A DNA stretch of 64,000 nucleotides, from contig NC_042998.1 in assembly GCF_006345805.1 (NCBI RefSeq), positions 146,134,001 through 146,198,000 of the forward strand. Direction: 5' to 3'. This DNA is from Octopus sinensis (lineage: Eukaryota). The notes below the pieces were generated by a model that saw only the letters and a list, made by a program, of their open reading frames with translations, did no database searches and had not been told where the DNA came from. Positions 1 through 12,285 of the stretch are shown piece after piece; the first letter of the stretch is position 1, and each line of letters starts with the position of its first letter. The translations under genes were made by a program, and so were the position numbers.

Positions 1-108
1 GTAGATCAGATTGGAGCCTGGTGCAGCCTTCTGGCTCGCCAGTCCTCAGTCAAACCGTCTAACCCATGCCAGCATGGAAAGCGAACGTTAAACAACGATG
101 ATGATGAC
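1..108 (+). mobile_element. RTE-type 3' tail / SINE fragment ending in (GAT)n
   Basis: cagtcaaaccgtctaacccatgccagcatggaaagcgaacgttaaacaacgatgatgatg matches the 3' end of the RTE LINE copies at 43894-44050 and 53400-53533. Confidence 0.75.
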
Positions 109-375
109 CATTACTATTCTTCTTAAAGTTATCACCACTCTTGTTCTGTGTGACCTTTACTGAAATGGATTCTTCAGCAAATATATCTTGGAGTATTTCC
201 TCTAGTTCCTTACATTCTGGGTTTGTATCCTGCTGAGGTCTACCTTCCATTCTTTTGGGGTTGATAAAGTACCAGTCAAAAACTGGGGTCAATGGTATCA
301 ACTAACCCCCTCCATCTAAATTTCTGGTCTTGTGTCTAAATTAGAAACCATTATTAAAAGTTATTGAGTTTACAA

Positions 376-575
376 AATCATTAGCACATCTAACAAAATA
401 CTTAACATTTATTCTAACTATTTATGTTCCAAGTTCAAATTCTGCTGAGATAAACTTTGCCTTTCATCCTTTCAGGGTCAATAAAATAAGTACCAGTTGA
501 GTACTGGGGTCAATGTAATTGACTTACCCCTCCCTTAAAATTGCTGGCCTTGAACCAAAATTTGAGACCATTTTT
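376..575 (+). mobile_element. tRNA-derived SINE (family with tttgcctttcatcct...aagtaccagttgag body)
   Basis: B-box-like agttcaaattc followed by a body that recurs at 9530-9730, 23600-23700 (-), 34355-34440 and 57345-57540. Confidence 0.65.
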
Positions 576-610
576 ATTATCATCATAATATTCTTTGTAT
601 CTCTCTAAAG

Positions 611-896
611 CAGTGCTTCTTAAACTATGGGTGACAACCCCAAATGGGATCACAAAAATTAAATTCAAACACTTGAATTTTAGTTTTTATGTTATTTCAC
701 AAACACACAAATGCTAAAGCTACTTTTATTTTGACAAATGGTATAACTACTTTTTTTATGTGTATACTATTCAGCAAAAAAAAAAAAATACATGATTTAT
801 TTATTTGTATGTTTTATTTCATATCTAATACCTGGGATTACATAAAATCTTGTGATGAAAAATGGGTCATGAATGAAAAAAGTTTGAGAAGCACAG
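611..896. mobile_element. hAT (Charlie-like) MITE, 286 bp
   Basis: Imperfect TIRs CAGTGCTTCTTAAAC / GTTTGAGAAGCACAG; exact 8-bp TSD CTCTAAAG at 603-610 and 897-904. Confidence 0.85.
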
Positions 897-3622
897 CTCT
901 AAAGTCATGCAATCAATAGGTCACTGTTTATTTTGTAACCTCTTAGTCTAGTCTTCTTCCATCTCTGTCCATCTTGTATGTAAAAGATGAGGGGATATGT
1001 TTTTGTACAGTAGCTTCAGACAAAAATAATGTAATATATATATATATTTATTTATTTTGTTCTGCGGGATGAAATGAGTGATGGGAGGGAAAGATGTATT
1101 AATACCTTTTTGATTTTTCTCAATAAACTTCCTATTGAAATCCCAATGTTTTCGTGCACCTATTTAGTCATTTCCTCTACTATAGATTAAACTGACACTT
1201 TACCAATATTCAGAATATTATGTAAAAATATACATTTACCATATATATATATTTGGTTTAGTTATACTTTCTTTTTATTATTTGTCTGGCTCTGGCAAGT
1301 ACAGACAGTGTTTGTGTTACTCTTTTAGTTTCTCTCAGACTTGAGTGTGATAGGGATGTCTGTGTAAACTTGGGGATTGGAAAAGAAAATGTTTGAAGTT
1401 ATGCTGTTCTGAGGGGAAATAATTGTACAAGGAGTTACTGAAATTTAAGTAACATCAACACTACACTATCTCTACTGAGATCTTATAACTGACTGTGGCA
1501 AATTCATTAGAGCATCAAATGGAATGCCTCACTTATTTCTTCTGACACTCAGGGCTCTGAGTTCAAATTCAGTTGAGATTAATTTTGTTTTGTTCTTTCA
1601 GGTTCGGTAAAGAACCAGTCCATTGTTGTAGATTGGTGAAACTGAAAACATGAAACCAGACCCTTTTTAAAGCATTTGTTCCAATACTTACGTGTTTTGA
1701 ATTCAAATCTCAGGGTTAATCCATCACCCTGTTTTAAACCGCCATTTGGCACCTTGGATGACTATAACAGAATTCACTCTGTTGCAAGCATTCAGGCCAG
1801 GTTTCCAGTTTGAAGGCATTTTCCTCCATCCCTCCCTCCTCATTCTCTTTTGCTCCCCACCTATCTAGGAAGTATTGTTAAGGGTAATGAACCCTGTACT
1901 TTTGGTGAATGTTTTATTTGCTTATTATTTCCTGTGTGTAGAGCTCAAAGAAGGAAGGGCATTATGAAGCTGACTTTCTTGAGCTAACTTGTAGGGGTAT
2001 GTGTTACTGTGATCCTAAGAGTTATGAGATTCATTACTGACATAAAGTGAAACTAAATATGAGTAAGTTTGCAAATTCAAATATCTGCCTAAGGAGTTAT
2101 TGTTCTTTATGACTAAATACTTTCATAATGTCAACCACTAATAAATATATAACAAGGCTAGATTTTGAGATTTATTTCTCTCCACCCACCCCCCTTTGTA
2201 CAGATAGTTGTCACTAAAATATATAGCAAGTACTTGAAAACATAGTCAAGATTCATCAAAGGTAAAGGTAGTTCCACCACCAATCTCAGTAGAAAACCAA
2301 ATCTCCATTTTATCCTAGTTGCAGCTGTTTTTTGTAATCCGTTTACAGCTAATAGCTATTACCATACTGTTTAAACATACTTAACCATTTGTGATATCAT
2401 ATATCACTGTATATAATAACTATCTTATCCATTCACTTATATTTTCAGTTTGCATGAGTATCATGGTGTTATATTCTTTTTGCAGCATTTATTTTTGAAT
2501 AATCAGATACCCTCTAATTCAAAACCTCTTTTTGAAATGGTGGTTGGTACCTGTTTTCAGCTAACCTAAAATGAGCAGTACTATATACTTTGTCTGGAAG
2601 CATAACACATAATTGAAGCATATTACCTTGTTAATAATTCAGCAGTGCTTGTGTGTGCATGTGCACATGCATGCATATATAGATATATGTTACGTAAAGG
2701 TAAGATCCAAGGACCAATGTGTAGAAATTAGTAAGATTTAAGCAGTCTGTAGAAGGTATAAAAAGCAACTTTCAGGAACAGTAGTAGTTTATTGATGGAG
2801 AAGGTTATAAATTTTTCCTGTATCAAAGTTCAAAAGTTATTTTATAGTTTATGGTTAGCTGCTGGGGTTGCTGTATATGCAAATAAAAATCCAAAATTAA
2901 GGAATGGAGCAGATAAAATCCAAGCTACATATGTTTCATATCTAGCCGAACCTTGGAAGTAGTAATTACCCAAACAAGAGGTAATTCGCTAGCTACTTGT
3001 TAGGCCAAAGATAACTTAATCAAATGAAGTTTACATTGTTGTCAAGGGGTCCCATGTCAACTCATAAGAAATTCAATCAAAAATCTAAAATAAATATATA
3101 TATATATATATATCTCCTCCTCCCTCTTTCACCATTTTCTTTCTATTTCTCTCTTGTTGCTCACACGTGACCATTGACCATCTTTCTTTTCCTGTATGAT
3201 GTTCAAAAGACTGGACGTTTTTTCTCTCTCTTCTATCTTTTCTATGTTCAAAGAAAATATTTTTCCCAGTATTCACTATTTTCCTCTCATTCTGGTCTAA
3301 TGACCCTCCATGTTTGTTTTCGTTCGGTTTCCTTGTATGTCTCCACTATCCTGTTTTTCTTCCCAACTTTGACCCTCCATAAATCCTAAATTTTATTTTA
3401 GAATTTATAGGAGCAACTGTTTTTGAAGACTCATTGTCGTTGAATGCACAAAATGAGTAGATAGATAACCGACAACTGATGAAAAATCCTTTCTCTGTGT
3501 TTACTTATCCTGTTTCCTATTTCTGTTCTCTTGCTTACGTATTTAACTCATTTGTTTACATTTTTCATGTTGTTTGCAGTTGGTGACATCCTGTACACAC
3601 ATATGCCTATAGGCACACACAC

Positions 3623-3653
<31 letters not shown>

Positions 3654-3655
<2 letters not shown>

Positions 3656-4762
3656 TCTATACAATATGTTACATTACTCGGTAGTCAAGATAAAACTCTG
3701 AGTTTCAGATGCCGAAGTGGAAATCCACAACACCATCTCTTCGGTTATCTGGCTATTTGAAAACGTTATGAAAAAATACCGTTAAAAATGAAGGGAAATT
3801 ACTCTGTTATAACTCTGCTTTGCCTGCGTACTTATACATCGCTCGCATTTTTCGTCATAAAAATTATATAAAAATACATAAAAATATATAAAAATATATA
3901 AAATCTTCTTGGGACATAACACAGAAAGCATGTTCTATCCGTTTCTTTAGGGGACCAAAAACGTAACAGAAATTTAGTCACATGTGGGCATGATCCGAAA
4001 AGCTCTGTCCTTGTATTTAGACATGTGGTAGGGTCTAAGCTGCTTTTCCAGATAAGCCATCTCTCCATGTCGCATAAACCGCACCTTCCGCTGCCGTTAG
4101 TGTAGGGCTTACATCTGGCCAAAATCTTCCATTGTATGTTATAATCGACACCTTTATCTCTTAAAGACCAAATATGATTGGATAATTGTGTCGCTTTTCT
4201 TTTGTTCCAGTGCCTAAAGCTCAAAGTGTGGTTATTGAACCTGGCCTTGAAATTACCCTCTGTCAGGCCCACGTATTTCTTCTTCGTCGAAACGGTGTCT
4301 TTAGTGGTTATAGAGTTTACGGTAGCTTCATATATGATGGTCTTGGACATGCAAGCTCCATTTAGCGGGCACAATTCTTTATTCCTGCATGAACAGCTGT
4401 TTTCTTCTTGTGTTTTTTGTATGTTATGATTGATTTGTTTAAATTGGTAGTTGAACTAAAACTATTTTTAATTGTGTCTATTGAAGAGTTTCCTATAAGC
4501 ATGGTTACTGGAAAATGTCTATCTATCAGTGCTAGGAAATATTTACCTATATTGAAGGCCACCTCAGGTGAGTAAGGGGGCGTAAACCAGATGACCTTCC
4601 TATTTCTATTATTCCTTTTCCTTACTGTTGGGCTGGTGATAGGTGTATATTTTATTTTTTCGCTAAAACCACTATCTTTTAAAGCTTTATTATAAACTGG
4701 GGCAACGCTATTGAAGATGTCCTCATTAGATGAGAGGCTAGAAATCCTCTTACTAATATTTT
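3654..4762 (-). mobile_element. Penelope-like retroelement, 5'-truncated: RT C-terminus/linker plus GIY-YIG endonuclease and 3' pseudo-LTR
   Basis: The - strand reads NISKRISSLSSNEDIF...RKVIWFTPPYSPEVAFNIGKYFLALIDRHFP, then CPLNGAC...IIYEATV...YVGLTEGNFKARFNNH...LSNHIW...CGLCDMERWLI (ORF 3832-4374), typical of C-terminal-EN PLEs. The left flank is (TA)n. Confidence 0.85.
3682..3755 (-). ncRNA. Type I hammerhead ribozyme-like motif (variant core), mirror copy
   Basis: Reverse complement of 5465-5538. Confidence 0.6.
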
Positions 4763-5566
4763 TAACTCTTCAATAGACACAATTTAAAAATTAGTTTTAG
4801 TTCAACTACCAATTTTAAAAACATAATCAATCATAACATACAAAAAACACAAGAAGAAAACAGCTGTTCATGCAGGAATAAAGAATTGTGCCCGCTAAAT
4901 GGAGCTTGCATGTCCAAGACCATCATATATGAAGCTACCGTAAACTCTATAACCACTAAAGACACCGTTTCGACGAAGAAATACGTGGGCCTGACAGAGG
5001 GTAATTTCAAGGCCAGGTTCAATAACCACACAATTATCCAATCATATTTGGTCTTTAAGAGATAAAGGTGTCAATTATAACATACAATGGAAGATTTTGG
5101 CCAGATGTAAGCCCTACACTAACGGCAGCGGAAGGTGCGGTTTATGCGACATGGAGAGATGGCTTATCTGGAAAAGCAGCTTAGACCCTACCACATGTCT
5201 AAATACAAGGACAGAGCTTTTCGGATCATGCCCACATGTGACTAAATTTCTGTTACGTTTTTGGTCCCCTAAAGAAAACGGATAGAACATGCTTTCTGTG
5301 TTATGTCCCAAGAAGATTTTATATATTTTTATATATTTTTATGTATTTTTATATAATTTTTATGACGAAAAATGCGAGCGATGTATAAGTACGCAGGCAA
5401 AGCAGAGTTATAACAGAGTAATTTCCCTTCATTTTTAACGGTATTTTTTCATAACGTTTTCAAATAGCCAGATAACCGAAGAGATGGTGTTGTGGATTTC
5501 CACTTCGGCATCTGAAACTCAGAGTTTTATCTTGACTACCGAGTAATGTAACATATTGTATAGATA
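4763..5566 (+). mobile_element. Inverted partial copy of the same Penelope-like element
   Basis: Near-exact reverse complement of about 3654-4490, with a 38-nt deletion near 5030 and a few homopolymer indels. Confidence 0.85.
5465..5538 (+). ncRNA. Type I hammerhead ribozyme-like motif (CCGAAGA core variant)
   Basis: Stem I AGATAA/TTATCT; core CCGAAGA; stem II GATG..GTGG ATTT CCAC..CATC; TGAAA; palindromic stem III AACTC-A-GAGTT; GUU cleavage triplet. It lies in a PLE 3' end, where HHRs are known. Confidence 0.6.
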
Positions 5567-5628
5567 AATTTCCTCTATTTACATAATATTGAGGTCTCTT
5601 TCTTTCTTTTGTTATCTTACCGTTTTAT

Positions 5629-5677
<49 letters not shown>

Positions 5678-7825
5678 CACATTATTTATTATATATATGT
5701 ATATATGCTAGTGGTACCTGTGAATATTTCACGGGATTAATGGTAAGCCTATTGGGTTATTTTTGAAAAGTTTATCCAAAAACTTAAAAACATAGCCTGT
5801 GTTGACTGTATGAATGTACTTTATGCACAATTTTATAGACTTAATACACAGCACTCATAAAATAAATATTTACTCTTATTTTTCCCATAAACAAAAAAAT
5901 ATCCCATACATATGATACAACCTTTAGTTAAATTGCATATATCTGCCACATACATAAGCGTGAATATTTCACGAAATTACACTTATGAGCATGTGTTAAG
6001 TGACAAGTAATATAAAAAAAAAACTTTGCATGAGGAAAAATTAATCAGTTTTTGTGAAAAGTATTAGTAAAATTAGTACTGTATCTTGTCTTTAGATATT
6101 TGAATGTTCCTTACCTTTTAATCTTAGCTATATTTTAAATAGTGATTGTATCTCTTTAATCCTTGATTAAAATAAACAGTAAACTGTTCAGGGAAAAAAA
6201 ACTATTTTTAATTATTTAACATCAGTTTTTCATGCTTTCATGGGTTAGCTGGTTTGACAGGATCCGGCAAGCCTCAGAGCTATATCAAGCCCAATGTCAG
6301 CTTTGGTGTGGCTTCTGTGGCTGGATACCCTTAATGCCATCAGCACCAGTAAAGACACCCAGTAACTTCCAATCTACATATAACATAACCAGTTCACAAA
6401 TCCATAAACAGAAACCTTTAGATTATCTTTGCATCATGATATAACATTACCAAAACTACATCTCAAATACAAGGATTCCTACTTGGTACCAAAAAATACC
6501 GCAGTCCTGATCAGTTGCTAATGCACTACAAACCTCAGATAGACCAACACTAGAGTATTCTCACATCTATGTATAAGAATGTGTTACTTCACACATTTAA
6601 CATTCAAGACTGAATCAAAAGAAGACCATTTATTTGACTGATTGGCAAAGATTCAACCATTAACTTTCAGATGTTTTGTTACTCCTTATTGCTATTACAA
6701 TAGCCACCACTCCTACCACTCACATTCACTTGTCCTACCAGTTTCTCTGCTCTACCTCACCTTCCTTTTCTTACTTCCTAGACCTTACTCTAAATACTTT
6801 ACTCAATTCTTTCCTTTAACTTCAGTCTTCCGGAATACTGTCTGTCCATATTTTACATACAGACACTGAACATCAATCAATCCCTCCTTATTTTATTTAT
6901 TTTTTAATTTATAATTCTGTTTTTCCTTTTAAATTTCACAATCTCAAAAGAGTTTGATGCATACATCTACTATTTAGATTAGTTTCCTATACACTAATTA
7001 ATAAGCAATTAACTTTTTTAAGGTTTTAAATAGTGAAAGTCTCGGATTTAAGACTATCATCTCTGCTCTTATTTTACTGGAAATATTTCAAACCAGAGAC
7101 CATATATTGTATAATGCAGTCTTTTTATTCATTCTATATGGTTTTTGCTTCCACTTTTGTGTAATAAGAACCAGAATAAATTAACATAGAAGGATAAAAC
7201 TTTTTGCTTACTTTCATAATTATTCAGATTTACTTGTCAGATATCAAAAATGATGCCTTTTTTTTCTTGACAAATTTTAAAATATTGTTTGCTTCTGAAG
7301 ATAACCACACTTGATTCACTGGTAAAATTTTGATCCACTTTGTCCACTTGAAAACTGGTATGTGCATATGTATATATATATATATATAATGTGTGTATAA
7401 TTCAAATTATTTACCTGTAAATTTATATATTGGTTTTCAATTATCCCTTACCAGTATGATGTTTTACTTGTCCAAAACTTATGTAATATTGATATTCTTC
7501 AACTTTTTGCAACATAGTAAAAATAAAACAAAAGCCACTTCTGGCAATGATAATTCTTATTTTGAGCCTGACATGTTTTAGTTCAGCTATTGATTAACTA
7601 ACAATAAATTAATGCCTCACTAGTTTCTGTTTATTCTGTATTCGTGTCATATTGACATAAGTGGCTGTTTCAACTAACTCAATATAAAAGTTATTTTATA
7701 CAATGCTTGCATTTGTAGATTTTGTACTCTAGTTATATTTACTGTCATACCCTTATTTCTAAAATATTGATTTTTATTACATTATTTACAGTCAACGAAT
7801 ATTTGTCCTACTCTTGTTTGTTGTT

Positions 7826-7861
7826 AACGTTTCGGCTGATATACCCTGCAGCCTTCTTCAG
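7826..7861 (-). ncRNA. Hammerhead core (intact core, stem I deleted)
   Basis: - strand CTGAAGA-A-GGCTG cagggtatat CAGCC-GAAA-CGTT. Confidence 0.7.
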
Positions 7862-8627
7862 GGAAATTGCAAACCTGGGTTCTCATTCCTAAGGTATTTT
7901 TTGATGTTATTATTATTATTATTATTATTATTGTTAGTGTTCAGGTCACTGCTTGGAATCAAACTCAGAATCTTGGGGTTAGTAGGCCACGCTCTTAACC
8001 ACTATGCCATATGCCCGTGGGCAATTATGGGGTGAATTTTAGGGCTTATAAATCTAATATATTTTTATCCATCCTTAATACCGGTTCCCATATGCTGCTC
8101 ATATCTGTCCACAGTCTGTCTACCCTATGTGAAAGGACTCTCCGAAAAGATACAAAAGATATGCGACCCATATGACATCAGGACAGTATTCAAGAGTAAT
8201 ACAACACTTCGCAAGTATCTCCTTCAAATAAAACCACCAATAGAAGAGAATATGACCAAAGACTGCGTGTACTCCATCCCATGCAGCTGTGGTAGGTTAT
8301 ACAAAGGTGAAACATGCCGCCCCCTCAAAATAAGGGTAGACAAACATCGCAAAGCTGTGATATGAGGAGATATTGATAAATTGGGTATAGCTGATCATGT
8401 ATGGATAAATGGAGACCACCTGCCCCTGTGGGATGAAGTTAAAATAATAGACAGAGAACACCACTGGAAAATACGAAAACTAAAAAGCAGCAGCACATAT
8501 GCTAGGAGACAACAACATCCTAAGCAGACCGAGTGCAGATATGAGCAGCATATGGGAATTGGTATTAAGGAAGGATAGAAATATATTAGATTTATAAGCC
8601 CTAAAATTCACTCCATAATTGCCCACA

Positions 8628-8699
8628 GGCATATGGCATAGTGGTTAAGAGGGCAAACTACTAGCCCCATGATTCCGAGTTCGATTCCAAGCAGTGACC
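8628..8699 (+). promoter_or_regulatory. tRNA-like Pol III head (A and B boxes) inside the PLE pseudo-LTR
   Basis: A box TGGCATAGTGG at 8634-8644 and B box GAGTTCGATTC at ~8677-8687; mirrored at about 7942-8014 on the - strand. Confidence 0.65.
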
Positions 8700-8777
8700 T
8701 GAACACTAACAATAGTAATAATAATAATAATATCGAAAAATACCTTAGGAATGAGAACCCAGGTTCGAAATTTCCTC

Positions 8778-8825
8778 AAGACACCTGAAGAAGGCTGGAG
8801 GGTATATCAGCCAAAACGTTATGTT
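8778..8825 (+). ncRNA. Hammerhead motif, degenerate (GAAA changed to AAAA)
   Basis: aagacac CTGAAGA A GGCTG gagggtatat CAGCC AAAA CGTT atgtt. Confidence 0.65.
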
Positions 8826-8904
8826 AACAACAAACGAATGTAAATGATGTACATAATTCCTCATCTCTTAATATAGAACTGATTTTTATTACTTATATAT
8901 TCTC

Positions 8905-9228
8905 TCTCTCTGAGCACTCCGTCGGTTACGACGACGAGGGTCCCAGCTGATACGATCAATGGAACAGCTTGCTCGAGAAATTAACGTGCAAGTGGCTGAG
9001 TACTCCACAGACACATGTACCCCTAACGTAGTTCTCAGAAAGATTCAGCGTGACACAGTGTGACAAGGCCGGTCCATGGAAAACCGGGTACAACTCATTT
9101 TTGCTAGCTGAGTGGACTGGAGCAACATGACAAAGTGTCTTGCTCAAGGACACAATGCGTCGCCAGGAATTGAACTCATGACATTACTATTGTGAGCCAA
9201 ATGCCCTAACCACTAAGCCAAGCACCTT
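8905..9228 (-). mobile_element. tRNA-derived SINE with central gtgtccttgagcaagacactt domain
   Basis: The - strand has an A box (tggcttagtgg) and B box (gagttcaattcc) followed by the central domain. Related copies are at 14040-14250, 49790-50070 and 61830-62070. Confidence 0.7.
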
Positions 9229-9273
<45 letters not shown>

Positions 9274-11194
9274 ATACACATATATACATATATCACCAAG
9301 ATCACAACATACTCTCTGCTGGGTTCAAAGCCAACAGTTTTGAGATGAGGGTCAAGTTCATTACATCAGCCCTGGTTTGATGGTACTTTATTTTATCAAC
9401 CTCACAGGGATGAAAGGCAAAGTTGATTTCAGTGGGATTTGGACTCAAAATGTAAAGAGCTGGAAGAAATGGCACTCATTTTGTCAGCTCCCCACCTGTT
9501 ATCTTGATATTACAGCCTTTTTGTAAAGCAGCAAGCTAGCCGGACCATTAGCATAAAAGGCAAAATGCTTACTATTTCATCTGTCTTCACATTCTCAGTT
9601 TAAATTCTGCTGAGATCAGTTTTGCCTTTCATCTTCTCAAGGTCAATGAAATAAGTATCAGTTGAGCACTGGAGTCAATCTAATCCAACTTCTCTGAAAT
9701 TCCCTGGCCTTGTACCAAAATTTGAAAACAATATTGTAGTTTTTTTTGCCTCCTTAAATGGATGTTTTAAGTTACTACATTAACATCAATTACTAAGAGA
9801 TGATATGTAGCTATTTCATTCTGTCGTCTTGTAAGTTCTAGACACTACTCCTGTACAATCTTCAACTCAAAACCATTTCAGTTATTCATTAATACCACTG
9901 TGAGCATGTAAAGATCAATGGCTTATATGGACATGGAAATTATGTTGCATAACTTGAAAATGAATTTAGCTTTTCAGTTTATGTGTAATCTAATTCCAAA
10001 CCATCAGTAATTCAACAATGGTGCTGATTTTTCATGTCACCATTTGTTGAATGTAACATCCTATTATTATTATTGTTGCTGGTAGAATCATTAGTGTCAG
10101 AAAAAATGCATTGCTGTACTTGTTTCAGCTATGCTTTTCATTCTTTCAAGGTTAAAATAAAATACCAGTCAAATACTGGGATTGATGGTACATCCCCTCT
10201 CTTAAAAGTGTTTGGTTTTATGCCTAAATTGTTGTTGTTATCCATCATCATCAATATTTTAATATTTGTTTCTCTTACAAGAATGGACCATCTTGACTTT
10301 ATTCTCTTTTTATCCCCCCCCCCTGTTTTTTCTTCTTCTTTTTTTGCTAGTAATAGAGGTTTAGTTCCTAAACAACAAAATAACAAATGAATCATCTCTT
10401 CAAGGATAGAAGAGTTTAATGTACCAAATCCTCTCATATGGCACTGGCTGTCCCGGGGCTATAGTAAAAGAGCTGGGTGACCAGTAAATTCCACCATGCT
10501 AAATTTCACCTTAGGTGAAATTATAATAATTATTATCGTATGGGTTACAATATTATGGAAGTAAAAAAAGAAAGAATGCATAAAAATATCAATGTCAATG
10601 AATACAAAAAATACGAGACTTAACCACACAGCCATGCTTGCACCACCACCAACCTTCTTTTTCTCTCTCTCAGTGGGAGGATTTGGTTGTTAATTCCTGC
10701 AGATCAAGTGCATGCATAGATACTTAGGTTCTTTACTTTGATTTAACCATCATGGCTAAGGCCATTCTGGAACATGGTGGTTTGAATATTTAGGGAGTTT
10801 CGGTTAATCATTTCACAAATTTTAGCTGTGATAGAGGGCAGGGGTTGAATTGCACATTGAGAGCTGACTCCTGTAAATATAATAAATTATACTTCTTTGG
10901 TAATGGAGATGTGATTGAGTGTTGAAGCTTGTCTTCTATAAATTTTATAAAATATCCTTAATTCTTAGCTTTGGGGCACATTTAAATTGAATTAGTTCTG
11001 TCTTTAATAATTATAACTGAGACTGGTTTAACCAGCTTCTCATTGGAGATACAAAAATTCAGCAAAAGTTTTTGTCAAATGTGCATCTAATTTATTAAAA
11101 ATTCCTGTTGTTCAGTGATCAGGCATGCATATTTAATATCTCATTCAATTCAATTTAAATTTTATTAAAAAGATTTGGATTTTTTTTTCATTTC

Positions 11195-11492
11195 CATATG
11201 TGCAGGCTTGACTTTGTGTTAAAAAGTTTGCTTCCCAACCACATGGTTCTGAGTTCAGTCTCACTGTGTGCCTCTTGGGCAAGTGTCTTCTATAGCCTCG
11301 GGCGGATATGTGTATGGATTTGGTTGACAAAAACTGAAAGTAGCCCATGTGTTTGTTTGTATTTATGCATGTGTGTGTCTTTGTGTTTCTCCCACCCGCC
11401 ACTTGACAACCAAAGCCGGTATGTTTATGTCCCCATAACTTAGCAGTTTGACAAAAGAGACCAGTAAAATAAATACCAGGCTTAAAAAGAAA
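11195..11492 (+). mobile_element. Major tRNA-derived SINE family (ccacatggtt...gggcaagtgtcttc...aataagtaccaggct)
   Basis: Representative copy. Further copies or fragments lie near 11520, 16150, 17260, 18240, 18720, 19860, 20270, 21135, 23115, 28130, 28783, 35690, 42085, 48312, 52380 and 58950. Confidence 0.8.
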
Positions 11493-11992
11493 AGACACAC
11501 ACAAATATAGACATATACATGATGGGCTTCTTTTCAGTTTCTGTCTACCAAATCCACTCACAAGGCTGTGACTATAGTGGGAGACACTTGCCCAAGACAC
11601 CATGCAGAGGGACTGAACCCAGAACCATGTGGTTACTTAATTGGGAGAGCTCTGAATACATTTAGAAAATTAAAACCCTAGCTGTTGTAATAAACTTTGG
11701 ACAGTGACATTATGAGGTACTGGGTAATACAAATGAATATTTTAATCACTTGAGAACCGAGCAAGTGATTACAAGGAAAAAATTGCCTGTTGTAGTAAGG
11801 AAAGTATATTTAGCATGCCATATTAATCTAATCAATATTATATATTTCTGGTTTTATAGTTTTAAAATAGTAAATCAGACAATCAGAGAATGCATCATTA
11901 GTTGACCTTATCTATATTGCAGTAATGTGTAATAAGAAGTTTTAAAAAAAAAATAGGGACAGTTGATTATGTTAATATCTAATTAATAATTT

Positions 11993-12235
11993 GGAGGCGC
12001 AATGGCCTAGTGGTTAGGGCAGCGGACTTGCGGTCGGAGGATCACGGTTTCGATTCCCAGACCGGGCGTTGTGTGTGTTTATTGGGCGAAAAAACACCTA
12101 AAAGCTCCACGAGGCTCCGGCAGGAGGTGGTGATCCCTGCTGTACTCTTTCACCACTCTAAAAGGCGGTGCTCCAGCATGGCCGCAGTCAAATGACTGAA
12201 ACAAGTACAAAAAAAAAATAAATAAAATAACCCAG
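11993..12235 (+). mobile_element. Young tRNA-derived SINE with internal deletion and A-rich tail
   Basis: A box TGGCCTAGTGG, B box GGTTTCGATTCCC, CpGs retained, and the shared 3' end aaggcggtgctccagcatggccgcagtcaaatgactgaaacaagta. Confidence 0.8.
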
Positions 12236-12285
12236 CTGGAGGTTTTTAGGAAGAAAATTAATAAGGTACAAGCATGATTGTTTAA

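Larger units (their letters stand above)
7780..8880 (+). mobile_element. Second Penelope-like element (Penelope/Poseidon-type GIY-YIG) with inverted pseudo-LTR at about 7780-8107
   Basis: The + strand from ~8108 reads LPYVKGLSEKIQKIC...CVYSIPCSCGRLYKGETCRPLKIRV..H...IADHVW...KIIDREHHWKIRKLK, with one TGA. Positions 7780-8107 are the reverse complement of about 8537-8850. Confidence 0.85.

Noticed and set aside
2688-2975. Solo LTR starting TGTTACG with TATA and AATAAA
   Set aside because: No convincing CA terminus or TSD could be identified.
8363-8365. In-frame TGA in the PLE GIY-YIG as selenocysteine
   Set aside because: The context I*GD fits CGA-to-TGA CpG decay of Arg rather than a Cys position, and the copy is otherwise degenerate.
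11993-12068. Possible functional tRNA gene
   Set aside because: The anticodon stem is mispaired, there is no proper acceptor stem or T-run terminator, and it continues into a SINE body and tail.
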